Shown here: piece after piece, positions 46,501 to 55,902 of the stretch | Numbering within the stretch: position 1 is the first letter of the stretch | Layout: every line of letters starts with the position of its first letter | IMG/VR virus record: IMGVR_UViG_3300036820_000012 | Coordinates: 1-64,000 of that record | Length of the DNA stretch: 64,000 nt | Source of the DNA: a virus | Reading direction: 5' to 3' (one strand) | Translations under genes and position numbers: made by a program | The notes under the pieces: model-generated | Told to the model about the DNA's origin: nothing | What the model saw: the letters and a program-made list of their open reading frames with translations, nothing else | Database searches by the model: none

Positions 46501-48418
46501 CCCCGGCCGTGTACGTGTCACTGATGGTCCCCGCCGGGCAGTACATGTCCAGCGATGTGGCAGCGGGCGCGGAACCGGCCGAGGCCAGGGTCAGGTCCCA
46601 GTCCCCGAGCCCGGCGACCTCCACGACCAGCACCGAGAAGCCGGGCGCGTAGCCGTTGGGGGCCACGTAGACGTACCCGGGCGGCCGGATCAGGTTCGGC
46701 GTGTACCAGATGGTGGTCCGCGAGCCGCCCGAGGCGTCTGAGGGGGCCTGAGGACGCCACCAGGAGCGGACGTCGTCGCCGCAGTTGATGGTCACCGGGG
46801 ACTGCGCCGCGTGCCAGCCGATGACGGTGAACAGCCAGTTGCCCGCGGTCGGGACGCCCGTGCCACCGCCGACCGACGAGGCTACGTCCAGGGCGACGAC
46901 CGTCGAGGCGTTCAGCGGCAGCGACGGCCCGAACACGGGGTTGTGCGGCGTGGTGTCAGCCCACTGGTTGACGACCTGCGGCGCGGCGAACTGGGACGCG
47001 GTGAAGCTGGACGTGCACTGGATGCTGGCAACGGCCCACGTGAGCGTGACACGGCCCGCGAACCCGGACCCACCCGCTGCCCCGTCCCCGCCGCCTCCGC
47101 CGCCACCGGGGCCGCTGAGGGGCGTCAGGCCGCCAGGCTGGCCCGAGGCACCCCCAGCCGCACCAGGACCGCCCCCGGTGAGCGCGACACCGCCAGCACC
47201 CGCTACGGATGAGGTGGCGTTGCCGCCCGCGTTGCCGACCGAGCCGGCTGCAGCGGATGACCCGCCGCCTCCGCCGCCGCCTGAGGCACCGGTACCGCCG
47301 CTGCCGCCGTTGTAGTGCGCGGTCGCTGACGACCCGGTACCGCCAGCACCAGCCGACGTGGTCCCGGCACCAGCCGAGCCGCCGTGAGCGGTGACCGTTA
47401 CCGAACCATCGCCAGGGAAGAGGGAGTTGCCGCCAGCCGATCCGGCCGAGCCGAGGGAGGTTGACCCGGCCCCGCCAGTACCGACCGTGACGCTGTAGGT
47501 GTCCCCGGGCGTGGTCGCGACGATCTGCGCCGCGTACTCCCCGCCACCACCTGCACCAGCACCGCCAGAGGACTTCGCGCCCCCGCCGCCGCCAGCGCCC
47601 CAGCATTCGGCGAGGACCGAGAAGACGCCGGCGGGGCATGTCCACACGGGCGGCAGGACGTAGGTGAGCAGGATCTGGCCGCTGGCGCCGTTCCCGCCAG
47701 CGGTGCCGCGCCCCGGGCCGAGGCCGCAGGATCCCCCGCCCCCGCCGCCGGGGAAGCTTCCGGGCTGGCCGTTGGCGGCGAACGCCGAAGCGTAGGTGCC
47801 GCCGGTCCCGCCGGCACCGCCGCCTGACGGAGCGGTTCCCCCGTTGCCGCCAACGCCGTCACCCGTGGGAACGGACGGGTTCGGCGTGGACGACAGTCCG
47901 CCGATCTGGCCGGCTGCCCCGGCTGACGCGGTCCCGGCTGAGCTTCCGCCACCGCCGCCACCGCTGGCCTCCTCGCCGCTGAGGCCCGTCAGCCCCGCAC
48001 CGCCAGCACCGCCAGCGTGGGCGATCGGGGCTGACCCGGCCGTTCCGCCTGCCCCGGCCGCGTAGCCGTTGGTGCCGCTGCCCTGGCCGCCGTTCGCGGT
48101 GACCGTGACCGAGGTGCCGGTGAAGCTGGTAGTCCCGCCAGCGGTTCCGGGGTACATGCCGTTGGTCGTGACGAGCAGGCCGCCAGCGCCGCCCTGGCCG
48201 ACGGCGAAGTTGTACAGGTTCGGGTACGAGACAGCGACAGCAGTGTTCGCCGCGTAGGCGCCACCACCACCTGCGCCACCCGAGCCGCCGTTCCAGACTC
48301 CGCCGCCACCGCCAGCGCCCCAGGCCTGGACGGAAACGGACGTAACGCCTTCCGGGCACTGCCACTGACCTGACCCGCTGAGGACAACCACCTGGGGGCC
48401 AAAGGTTACGAAAGCCAT
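43541..48418 (-). CDS. large tail tip/hub protein (2 Gly-rich domains, LamG-like domain, hub)
   Basis: Follows TMP; EVLAD.P..WW..DD LamG-like; L.LDN.DG..SP; DG...D..G.L.Y. Confidence 0.85.
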   Translation of the reverse strand: MAFVTFGPQVVVLSGSGQWQCPEGVTSVSVQAWGAGGGGGVWNGGSGGAGGGGAYAANTAVAVSYPNLYNFAVGQGGAGGLLVTTNGMYPGTAGGTTSFTGTSVTVTANGGQGSGTNGYAAGAGGTAGSAPIAHAGGAGGAGLTGLSGEEASGGGGGGSSAGTASAGAAGQIGGLSSTPNPSVPTGDGVGGNGGTAPSGGGAGGTGGTYASAFAANGQPGSFPGGGGGGSCGLGPGRGTAGGNGASGQILLTYVLPPVWTCPAGVFSVLAECWGAGGGGGAKSSGGAGAGGGGEYAAQIVATTPGDTYSVTVGTGGAGSTSLGSAGSAGGNSLFPGDGSVTVTAHGGSAGAGTTSAGAGGTGSSATAHYNGGSGGTGASGGGGGGGSSAAAGSVGNAGGNATSSVAGAGGVALTGGGPGAAGGASGQPGGLTPLSGPGGGGGGGDGAAGGSGFAGRVTLTWAVASIQCTSSFTASQFAAPQVVNQWADTTPHNPVFGPSLPLNASTVVALDVASSVGGGTGVPTAGNWLFTVIGWHAAQSPVTINCGDDVRSWWRPQAPSDASGGSRTTIWYTPNLIRPPGYVYVAPNGYAPGFSVLVVEVAGLGDWDLTLASAGSAPAATSLDMYCPAGTISDTYTAGVLSPVLHPISDTGASATPQVTFFLAAACGDSVAAQTALEPYGWTSLATVTCANGTDASSDAVLTAACTISTAGQNITATAVGAENLSGMILAAVIDAPSPVPVVRNTVWPYVIAEAAFGSGMQTPPDQMVWTNIQSPQGGHRMRSWSETTGIQYELDQLEASETEIALDNPDGYLSPSNPGSPYYPWITPGTPIRLRCVPPNGNRWHIIQRNMERWPQSWEKTFRGVSNATGTDLWSTANRYVPACYRAEVLADSPGWWWPCDDSGVNQATSLVNAAPASDTALDIVVSPNGIGSYGPYNGAGGVFAYVAIQQFAQQSGWMYGDSLSAAWQQTGSGVSTCGRYLSANDTFPSLADGATIEIWWQPALANAGYSIPPAIPEVPLPQGYTGQPMTGRELTFTGVAVAPLTIWEAANEDGPLAMLWLDNHSQLTFTTWSGGVASSTVIYSIYPENYLWDGAWMGVTVTMTQDSWTVYVNGGVIATVSGTASMPANWDWVFFGGATTAATGNTGAPPTASTITGIPCAAWSHLAIYPGVLPAARVMAHFLAAYSAFGQLPAPTVSCQFFGNAAGGPTYYPDGNAYLNIPFFNLIGAGSSFYSHGVDRSVLACYVTATAGELTSAVSQPESVNLFTISEGAQTGEAWLSATGLAPAYSFWVGNTGGGEQLLGSGILPYIYCTSYAPPDAPVPPAEASALGDSVQNRIERLLWSGGVTSPQRCIDPADLACVAELDTAGQSCGDNISNIVQSDDGLMYVDTCGNLCYFSRPHLAAQSPAWHLGPLVAYGQVPYLPDVTFDTDPQRVYNDIAITQYDVTSVPAGEAGSATGSGESHGGLVFGPGAEYAAAVQASLGQFGDCQLQFTSYLQDTTQIQDQASWVFATYGTPRQRVTSLTVDAAAMAGVAGAWEYVLSVNPGDVIQVTQWMPGQSAFTGIWRVTQVKRKLNFAAGTASAAVLADWCPPWWWGTGQAQELDDESGAPILDQAGEPMF

Positions 48419-48424
48419 ATCAGC

Positions 48425-48835
48425 TCACGACTGCGACAAAATCAGGCCGCCAGCTGCCGGCGCTAGCTCGTCCCCAGGTGGTATAAGCAGGGGCGCACCG
48501 GCCCATACGCCCTGGAACTGGCGCACGGGGGTTGCTTGCGTGGTCCAGATCTCGGCGCCGGTCACTGCCCACGGCGTGGTGCCGCTGTTGGTCCAGAGCG
48601 GGACCGACGTGTTGGACGTGAGCGCGGGGGTGCCAGTGGGCGTGGCCCACGTGACGAGCAGGCCCCCGGCTGTGTAGCCGGTGGCGACAAGCTCGGTCAT
48701 GTACCCGCTGCCCGTGGGGGCCGTGGGCGCGGTCGAGCCGAGCCGCAGGTGCACGCCAGAGATCGACGGGTAGGCAGCGATGCCCAGGGCTGCTGCCATG
48801 GACGTTGCCGCAGCGCCGGAATCCCAGCCGCCCAT
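48425..48835 (-). CDS. minor tail protein
   Basis: L.L.S.AP...E....GY...SN.....W...V....IW pattern; position. Confidence 0.7.
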   Translation of the reverse strand: MGGWDSGAAATSMAAALGIAAYPSISGVHLRLGSTAPTAPTGSGYMTELVATGYTAGGLLVTWATPTGTPALTSNTSVPLWTNSGTTPWAVTGAEIWTTQATPVRQFQGVWAGAPLLIPPGDELAPAAGGLILSQS

Positions 48836-49023
48836 CAGCCCGCTCGCAGGACCATAGGTGGCGGGCTGATCCGCACCGGCCGGCAGGGCACACCGCTGGC
48901 GATGGCTGCCTGCCCGTGGTCATGGGGAAGCGGGCAGCAGCCGCACTGCAGGAGCAGGTGACCGCTCAGGACATCGGCAGCGAAGACGGAGGCACCGCAG
49001 CGCAGGCAGGTCACGGTCAGCAT
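48835..49023 (-). CDS. small Cys-rich protein
   Basis: GAAGGGAG RBS; C..CG...CGCC...H.H. Confidence 0.6.
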   Translation of the reverse strand: MLTVTCLRCGASVFAADVLSGHLLLQCGCCPLPHDHGQAAIASGVPCRPVRISPPPMVLRAG

Positions 49024-49056
49024 CTCGCTCCCTTCCGGGGCGTTACGCTGGCTGGC

Positions 49057-49356
49057 GTGAGCATGAAAGCCGAGTGCCCGGCCTGCAAGGCGTATCTCTC
49101 CGGCGTCTGGGACGCGATGGAGTACGGCGGTGCCTGCCCGAGTTGCGGACTGCCAGGGACCGCCATCGCCGATGTCTACGCAGCGCGCAAGACGAACGCC
49201 GAGAAGGAACTACTCGCCAAGTACGAGGAGGCGGTCATCCGCGCGGGGAGGGCTGAAGCCGAGCGAGATATGCTGCGCGGCCACCTTGAGGCCATTGACT
49301 CCGAGATGCGCGTCTGGCAGGCGGATGAAAAGCACCTGGCGAAGGCCGAGGGCTAA
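49057..49356 (+). CDS. Zn-ribbon plus coiled-coil protein, probably leaderless
   Basis: CPAC...CPSCG; TACGCT 7 nt before GTG. Confidence 0.7.
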   Translation: MSMKAECPACKAYLSGVWDAMEYGGACPSCGLPGTAIADVYAARKTNAEKELLAKYEEAVIRAGRAEAERDMLRGHLEAIDSEMRVWQADEKHLAKAEG

Positions 49357-52300
49357 GTTCCGCGCCCCGAGAGCTGCAGCCCGCTGCCCGTGTTCCGCCG
49401 CGCGTGCTGGAGCGTGTACGTCTGCACGACCTGCGCGATCTCCTGGCCGCCGACTTCCAAGTGAAAATGCATCGTCTGCGACCCGCCGCCACCGCCTGAG
49501 CCGCCCCCGGCAACGATGGGCATCGGATGGGCCGTCGACCCGCCGCCGTAGCCGGAAGCCCCCCGGGACGCGACGATGGCCAGTTCCCTCGCCGCCGCGC
49601 CCACCATCGGGCCGCCCGACGTGATGCCGCCCGCCATGCCCGCCGCGAACTGGGAGCCCATGTCGAACGCCACCATCGACGGGGAGTGGATCTTTAGGTC
49701 CTTCTGCATCTCGGTGACGATCTGCGACGCCAGGGACTTGATCGCCGTCGTCACCGAGCCGAGCTCGGACTTCAGGCCCTGCGCGAGCCCTTCGCCGATC
49801 TGCGACCCGGACTCGTAGGTGGCGTTCGCCCCGGTCGTGCCCAGCTGCTTCGCGGCGGCCCCGATCTGCTTCTGCAGCGACGCGATTTCCTGCACGCCCT
49901 TGGTGCCGCCGGACAGCATCATCTTCGAGGCTGACAGGCCCCCGCCGCTGACGCCGGCCTGCAGAAGCTGCTGCAGGGACGTCGGGTCCAGGCCCTCCGC
50001 CTTGAGCTTCTTGATGTCGCCCGTGAACGCGCGGGTCTGGCTCAGGTACTGCTGCAGCTGCCCCTGGATGGAGTCGCTGGCCGTCAGGGACGCCGGGGCC
50101 TTGATGTTCATCGTGTTGCCGGTCATCTGGTTCGCCGCGGCGACGGCCTGGGCGTTCTGCTGCGCGAGGTCGAGCGGCGTCCCGGCCGACCCGTACGGCG
50201 AGGAACTGGTGCCCGACGACGACGATGAACTGCTGGACGACGACCCACCTGATGTCACGTTCCCGGCGAACGTCGCCACGTTCGCGCCGGCAACAGTGGC
50301 CTGGTCCACCGACTTGTACAGGGCATCGGCTGCGGTGATCTTGGACTCGATGTCCTTGCGCTGCTTGGCGAGCGACATCAGGCGCTTGTTGTCGGCGTCG
50401 AGCCACGCCGAGATGCCGGTCTCCTGCGACGGGGAGATGGTCCCGGCCTTCAGCGCGCCCTTCAGGTCGGTCTGGAGCTTGGCGATCGTGTCGGTGATCG
50501 TTTTGTCGGTGAACGGCGCCGTGATGCCCTTGGCGGCGTCTTTCGCTGCCGTGGCGAGCTGGGACTTGCCGCCTTCGAGGCCGAGGATGTAGCCCTTCAC
50601 GTCGTCCTGGGCGATGCCCTTGAAAACCTTGGACGGGGACTGCGTGCCGTGGGCCGCTTTCACCGCTGCCGTGACTTCGTTGGCCATCGTCCGCGCTGCC
50701 GCTACGGCTGCCCCGGTGGACGCGGCGATCCCGGCTGCCAGGCCCGCGCCGAGGGCGGCGCCTGCTGCCGAGCCTGCGCCGCCGAGGGATGACAGGGCGG
50801 ACTTGATCTCGGCCACGACATGCTGCGCTGCCGCTTCTGGCTGCCCGGCGCCGCCGTTGATGCCCGAGGCGAGGCCCGTGTCGAACGAGCGGCCGGCGGA
50901 GGACCCGGCTGAGTTCAGCGACGAGGACAGGGCGGTCAGGCCGGACAGTTTCGCGTCGGACAGGTCGACGGTGACGCCGTGGATCTTGACGTTGCTCGCG
51001 GCCTTGTTGATGCCTGAGGTGTCTACCTTGTCCACCTGGGCGGTAGCGGGGACCTTGGTGTCGCCGCCCTTGAGGCCCGAGGTGTCGGCCTTGTCGACCT
51101 TCGCCTCGGCGGGGACCGGGACCTTCGGGCCGCCCAGGTTCAGGGACTTCACCATCGCGCCCGGGTCGATCTTGGGTTCCACCTTGACCGGCAGCGGCAG
51201 TGCCGATCCGCCGGACAGCTGGTGCGCCAGCGCGCCCGTGTCGATGTGGCCGCCCTTGACGTCGACCTTCGGGTCGACCGTGACCGGCCAGTGCAGGGTC
51301 TGCGGCTTCAGGTTGGAGCCGAGGCCGGGAATGATCTGCCCGAGCGCTTCCTTCGCGGCGCTCCCCAGGCGGCTTGTCAGCCCCTTGGGCAGCGTGTCAT
51401 AGTCCTTCTCGTACTTGTCAGCCAGGCTGAGGATCTGGGTGAGCGGGTTGCTGCTCTTGCTCCCGCTGCCGCTGGCCTGGTTGCCGAGGTTGAGGATGCT
51501 CTGAAGCTGGGAATGCAGGCTGCTGAGGTTGATCTTCTCCAGGGCGCCGAGGCTGCCGGCGATCTTCCCGATCTGGGGGGCCGCCTGGGACGCGTCGTTC
51601 ATGATGTCCTGCATGGCGCCAGCCAGGCCCTTGACCACACTGCCGGTACCGGGGCCGATGGCCTTCAGGAGGCCGTCGAACGACTTGATGAACGACTCGG
51701 ACCCCTTGAGCCCCTCGCCGCCGAACGCGTCGCCGATGTACTTCCCGACACTGGAGATCGCCGACCCCGCCGACTTGACCGCTCCCGGGGTCTCCTTCAG
51801 CAGGTCGTTGAAGGTCTTGACCGCGCCGCCGGACTCCATGAACGTCTGGAGATTCTTGATGCCCTTGTCGAGCAGGCTCCCGCCGAGATTCGCCGCCGGC
51901 TTGAGGAACTGCGACATGCCCTCGGACACCGCCGACAGGGCATCCCCGGTGACCCGCAGCACCTCGGGCTGGAACGATTTCGCCATCGAGTCGTACTGCG
52001 ACTGCAGGTTCCCGAACGCCTGGATGACAGGGCGGATCGTGGCCGGCACGTCGGCGTAGGCGGCTTTCAGTTTCGCCGCGTCGGTGGCTGCGTCCGCGAT
52101 GTTGGAGGTGGTCGGGTCAAGCTTCGCGACCTGCTCAGCCTGCGTCCACGTCTTGCGTGCCGTCGCGACGTTCTCGTAACTCGACTCGATCTTGGACAGG
52201 GTCGGCAGCGCGAGAGCGGCGAACCCGCCGAGCGCGACACCGCCGCCCGCCGCAGCCGTCGCGAATGCCGGGCCGAGGCCGCCGACCAGCCCGATCAGGC

Positions 52301-53396
52301 CGCCGATCGCGCCCGTCATCGGCGACAGTTTGGACGTGATGGGATCGAACGCCTCGGAGACCGACTCCCCGAACCCGCCGACGCCTTCCTCAGCGTCGCC
52401 CGCGCCGGCAGCAACGCCCTCAAGGCCGGCAGCCGCGCCCTCAACCACCGGTGCGGCGTCACCCAGGGCAGCGGCCACATCGTCGTACTGGCCAGCGAAG
52501 TTGTGCAGGCCGTCAACGACCCTCGGGACGGTCCCGCCGAACTGGCCGAGATGGCTCTCGGCATCATCCAGCCCGTCGCTGAGCGAGTCCATCCGCATCT
52601 GGATGTCTTCCAGCGCGGACGCCGTCGTGCCGCCCCTGGCCCCGACTTCGCCGAGACTCTGGCCAAGGTCCTCAAGATCGTTGTGCAGGCCTGCGGTGGA
52701 GATGTCCGCCCCGCCGGCAGCCTGGTCGAACTCGCGAAGCTCGCCCGACAGCGCCGAGAACCGCTCGTTGGCTTCCGAGATCTCATCAGCCGTGGCCGCG
52801 ATCCCGGACGCCTTCGCAGCGCCGCCGCCGGCACCCGCAGCGTCCATCGCGGTTACAGCGGCGGCGGCCTCGGCCGCCTCGTCCCGGACGTGGCCGAGGG
52901 AACTGGCCAGCGCATCCGCCGACGCCGCATCCCCGGCCAGCCCTGCGCCTGACGTGCCCAGCGAGTCAAGCGCCGCTTCGGCCTCAAGGGCTTCGTCACG
53001 CAGGTGCCCGAGCGCCGTGGCGTCAGCATCAGCGGCCGGGGCAATGTCCGCGATGTCGTCGCCAGTGGTGGCGAGCGACTGGACCGCGGCCTCAGCCTCT
53101 GCGGCGTCGTCCCGCATCGAGGCGAGACCCTTGGCGGCAGCCTCAGCACCAGCGGCGACGTCGCCGACCCCGGCGCCGGCGTCCCGGATCGACTTGAGCG
53201 CCTTGGCTGCTTCCTCAGCGTCGTTGCGGAGTTTGCCTGCCGCCTCGGCGGCGGACCCGAAGGCGCCGCTGATTGAGCCAGCCGACGCCTCGGCGTCCTT
53301 CAGCGCTGAGGCGAGGTTCCGCGCTGCCTCAGCGGCATCCTCAAGAGCCCCGGCGCCTTCGACGGTGATATCTACGTTGCCTTCGACGTCAGCCAC
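49353..53396 (-). CDS. tape measure protein
   Basis: 1347 aa Ala/Gly helical repeats, TQSPS and IHSPS motifs, downstream of tail chaperone. Confidence 0.92.
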   Translation of the reverse strand: MADVEGNVDITVEGAGALEDAAEAARNLASALKDAEASAGSISGAFGSAAEAAGKLRNDAEEAAKALKSIRDAGAGVGDVAAGAEAAAKGLASMRDDAAEAEAAVQSLATTGDDIADIAPAADADATALGHLRDEALEAEAALDSLGTSGAGLAGDAASADALASSLGHVRDEAAEAAAAVTAMDAAGAGGGAAKASGIAATADEISEANERFSALSGELREFDQAAGGADISTAGLHNDLEDLGQSLGEVGARGGTTASALEDIQMRMDSLSDGLDDAESHLGQFGGTVPRVVDGLHNFAGQYDDVAAALGDAAPVVEGAAAGLEGVAAGAGDAEEGVGGFGESVSEAFDPITSKLSPMTGAIGGLIGLVGGLGPAFATAAAGGGVALGGFAALALPTLSKIESSYENVATARKTWTQAEQVAKLDPTTSNIADAATDAAKLKAAYADVPATIRPVIQAFGNLQSQYDSMAKSFQPEVLRVTGDALSAVSEGMSQFLKPAANLGGSLLDKGIKNLQTFMESGGAVKTFNDLLKETPGAVKSAGSAISSVGKYIGDAFGGEGLKGSESFIKSFDGLLKAIGPGTGSVVKGLAGAMQDIMNDASQAAPQIGKIAGSLGALEKINLSSLHSQLQSILNLGNQASGSGSKSSNPLTQILSLADKYEKDYDTLPKGLTSRLGSAAKEALGQIIPGLGSNLKPQTLHWPVTVDPKVDVKGGHIDTGALAHQLSGGSALPLPVKVEPKIDPGAMVKSLNLGGPKVPVPAEAKVDKADTSGLKGGDTKVPATAQVDKVDTSGINKAASNVKIHGVTVDLSDAKLSGLTALSSSLNSAGSSAGRSFDTGLASGINGGAGQPEAAAQHVVAEIKSALSSLGGAGSAAGAALGAGLAAGIAASTGAAVAAARTMANEVTAAVKAAHGTQSPSKVFKGIAQDDVKGYILGLEGGKSQLATAAKDAAKGITAPFTDKTITDTIAKLQTDLKGALKAGTISPSQETGISAWLDADNKRLMSLAKQRKDIESKITAADALYKSVDQATVAGANVATFAGNVTSGGSSSSSSSSSSGTSSSPYGSAGTPLDLAQQNAQAVAAANQMTGNTMNIKAPASLTASDSIQGQLQQYLSQTRAFTGDIKKLKAEGLDPTSLQQLLQAGVSGGGLSASKMMLSGGTKGVQEIASLQKQIGAAAKQLGTTGANATYESGSQIGEGLAQGLKSELGSVTTAIKSLASQIVTEMQKDLKIHSPSMVAFDMGSQFAAGMAGGITSGGPMVGAAARELAIVASRGASGYGGGSTAHPMPIVAGGGSGGGGGSQTMHFHLEVGGQEIAQVVQTYTLQHARRNTGSGLQLSGRGT

Positions 53397-53430
53397 GGGT
53401 CACCCCCGTCCGCCGTCTCAGCAGGTCAGA

Positions 53431-53865
53431 TCACAGTCCGGACGCGTCGAAGATCTCCTGGACGACCTCCTCCATCACCCCGGGCAGCGCACCGTCAGCC
53501 CACGAGATCGTCCGCTCGAGGTAGTGAGCGCCTTCCTGGTGGACGTGGCGCGCGAACGTTCCGTCGAAGTGCAGGAACCCCATGTGGACCTTGCCGGTGC
53601 GCTTGTCCACGTACGTGTGCTTCGGCTCGATGTCGCCGCCGTAGTTGCGGAACGACGCATACAGCGGAAGGTGGGTGCGGAACGTCACGCCGCCGTCAGA
53701 CACTTCCGTGCCCTCGGAGTCGGCCAGCGCCCCGGTCAGCTTGGGCGTATAGCCCCTGAATGCCTCAAGCAGTTCCGGGGCGAACTTCTCCGCGATGGTG
53801 CGCGGGCAGTTCTCGAGTTCCCCGGCGAGCTTGTCCAGCGCGTCAGCGAGGCCACCGAGGTCCAC
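53431..53865 (-). CDS. HK97 gp10-like neck/tail-completion protein
   Basis: TP..TG.L..S, YA....YG, I.PK, L.F.G.FA..V....Y. Confidence 0.75.
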   Translation of the reverse strand: MDLGGLADALDKLAGELENCPRTIAEKFAPELLEAFRGYTPKLTGALADSEGTEVSDGGVTFRTHLPLYASFRNYGGDIEPKHTYVDKRTGKVHMGFLHFDGTFARHVHQEGAHYLERTISWADGALPGVMEEVVQEIFDASGL

Positions 53866-53868
53866 GGG

Positions 53869-54102
53869 CTAGCCGCCGTTCTCTATGGCGCGGATGCAGG
53901 ACTTCATCGGGTTGAGCCACCGGTACATCCCGAGCGGGAGCGCTTGGACCTGCGGTGGCAGCAGGTTGTGCTCCAGGAACCACCGGCAGTCCGAAGCGGT
54001 CCTAGGGTCCAGGCCGGGCGGAGGTTCTGCTACCTCACCTTTCAGCCACTGTCTGAGCCAGAGCCATCCGTCGTACTCGTCTTGGGTTCGGGCTCTTTTG
54101 GG
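53869..54102 (-). CDS. -1 frameshift extension (gpT part) of tail assembly chaperone
   Basis: Slippery C CCA AAA at 54102-54096; -1 frame open to TAG 53869, contains P.QV..LP....WL. Confidence 0.8.
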   Translation of the reverse strand, partial: PKRARTQDEYDGWLWLRQWLKGEVAEPPPGLDPRTASDCRWFLEHNLLPPQVQALPLGMYRWLNPMKSCIRAIENGG

Positions 54103-54491
54103 CCGGCCGGGCCGTCCAGCGCGGCAATGTGAGGCTTGGTGGCCTCATTCAGCGTCTTGCCCGCAGTCAGCGGCAGGAGCTTGCGCGATTCCGCGGAGTA
54201 GGGCAGCGGGATGTGCGGCACCGCGCCCTCGGCCGCGTAGGACCAGTCCAGGATCAGCGAGGCGAACAGGGCGTCACGGCGCTGGGCCAGCATGTCGGCG
54301 GTGAGGCGCAGCTTCGGCTTCGGTACGCCCTCGCCCTCCTCGTCGGCGTCGGCGTCAGCTTCCTCGGCGGCCTTTTTCGCCCAGGCCTCCTGAATCACAT
54401 TGCGCCACGCGTCGTCGTCGGCTGCGGTGAGCGAATCGGGATCCCGGAGTTCCACCCAATGACTGCCGGGCCCCGGGATTTCGATTCGCAT
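54042..54491 (-). CDS. tail assembly chaperone (gpG-like)
   Basis: AGGAGG RBS; I.DWSY motif; between tail tube and TMP. Confidence 0.85.
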   Translation of the reverse strand: MRIEIPGPGSHWVELRDPDSLTAADDDAWRNVIQEAWAKKAAEEADADADEEGEGVPKPKLRLTADMLAQRRDALFASLILDWSYAAEGAVPHIPLPYSAESRKLLPLTAGKTLNEATKPHIAALDGPAGPKEPEPKTSTTDGSGSDSG

Positions 54492-54628
54492 AGTGCCTCC
54501 TGGTCGAACACGTGTGTGGACCGCCATTGATGACGGTGAGTAGCGATAGAATGACTAGACGAAGGATCGCCGCCGCGATTAGGCCCGCGACGGCGATCTG
54601 CCGGACAGCACCTAGATGAGACCTAGGA

Positions 54629-55213
54629 GTGCACGACATGGAACAACTTACGCTTGACGGTGGCACGGTGCCGATCTGCACCGCCTCGGCCGATGACCTC
54701 TTCCGCTGGTGCCGCATGGCGAACGTGGTCGCCTTTGAAATGCTCGGCTACCGGAACAGCTGCATTCTGACGTCCCACGCCCTCACTGCGTTTCTGCGCC
54801 AGAAGGGACTGGATGCCGAGCCGTTCCGTGCCGAGGTGCATGTGCACCATCTGACGGACCGCACCGTTTCCGGCTGCGGGCTGGGCTGGGACGGCGACGG
54901 GACGCGGCGCCCTGCCGCCGAACCCGGCTCCTGGCGCGGTCATCTCGCCGTGATGTGCGACGGCTACGTGCTTGACCCGACGATCGACCAGGCCGAGGTT
55001 GGCGGCAAGACGATCCAGCCAGCCGTGTTCGCCATGCCGCCGGGCTGGGATGACGGCAAGAGGCACATCTGGACGGAGAGCGGACTCCAGGTCAGCCACC
55101 AGCGCTACCGCCGGCAGATCGGGTGGAAGTCAGCACAGGCCGCCCGGCCGATCCACTGGCGGGACGTGCTGACCGTGATGCAGAACTCCGAGGTGTACGG
55201 AGACTGGCGATGA
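54629..55213 (+). CDS. putative papain/transglutaminase-fold protein
   Basis: NSC..S..L...L...G, GHL.V, LDPT: candidate Cys-His-Asp triad. Confidence 0.6.
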   Translation: MHDMEQLTLDGGTVPICTASADDLFRWCRMANVVAFEMLGYRNSCILTSHALTAFLRQKGLDAEPFRAEVHVHHLTDRTVSGCGLGWDGDGTRRPAAEPGSWRGHLAVMCDGYVLDPTIDQAEVGGKTIQPAVFAMPPGWDDGKRHIWTESGLQVSHQRYRRQIGWKSAQAARPIHWRDVLTVMQNSEVYGDWR

Positions 55214-55902
55214 GCGCATCAGCCGCGCTCGAGCTAGTGCCAGCATCCACAGTGGAAGATGAGCCTGAGCGCTGGCTGCCCGTCGTGGACTTCGGGCACT
55301 ACGAGGTCAGCAGCCTCGGCCGTGTCCGCAGCATTGACCACGACGTCATCGCAGCCAACCGATGGGGCGGCCAGAATGTGCGCCGCCTCCGCGGTCGCAT
55401 GCTTGAGGGCACGTGGGATCACACCGGCTACCTGATGGTCTCGATGTACCGGGCTCCCGGCGAGAAGCAAGAGAAGCGGCCCGTGCACCAACTGGTCGCC
55501 GATGCCTTCATCGGCGAGTGCCCTCCTGGCCAGGAGGTGCGTCATGGGCCGAACGGGAGGACGGATAACCGGGCGTCGCAACTCTGCTACGGGACCAGGA
55601 AGGAGAACGCAGGTGACAAGAAGCGCGACGGCACGGAGTTTTACTCCAGCCGCGATGAGTGCGGCGCAGGTCACAAGTACACGCCCGAGACAAGTTACGT
55701 CCGCAACAAGCCTGACGGGACGTTCAAGCAGCGCGTCTGCCGGATCTGCGAGGCCGACGCTCATCAGCGGCGCGCGGAACGGCTGAAGGAGAACCCGCCA
55801 CCGCCGTGCACCAAGCCCGGCTGTGACGATCCCCAGCTAGCCAGGGGCCTGTGCAACAAGCACTACAAGCAGTGGCGGAAGGCCCAGCCCAAGGCCGCGT
55901 AA
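55210..55902 (+). CDS. NUMOD4-HNH homing endonuclease
   Basis: E.WLPV...YEVSS.GRVRS, VH.LVA.AF.G, VRH..G..DN...L.YGT..EN, C..GH. Confidence 0.92.
   Translation: MSASAALELVPASTVEDEPERWLPVVDFGHYEVSSLGRVRSIDHDVIAANRWGGQNVRRLRGRMLEGTWDHTGYLMVSMYRAPGEKQEKRPVHQLVADAFIGECPPGQEVRHGPNGRTDNRASQLCYGTRKENAGDKKRDGTEFYSSRDECGAGHKYTPETSYVRNKPDGTFKQRVCRICEADAHQRRAERLKENPPPPCTKPGCDDPQLARGLCNKHYKQWRKAQPKAA

Noticed and set aside
34620-48418. Diversity-generating retroelement or shufflon acting on tail fibres
   Set aside because: No reverse transcriptase, no TR/VR pair, no inverted crossover repeats seen; similarities are protein-level Gly-rich domains
44705-54132. Long + strand ORFs opposite tail genes (44705-46741, 51222-52952, 52192-54132), also 31536-33101 and 32860-34212
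   Set aside because: Shadow ORFs expected in high-GC DNA opposite real genes; no RBS or motifs
54503-54521. LexA/SOS box
   Set aside because: Only the left half TCGAAC matches; right half GTGTGG lacks GTTCGA
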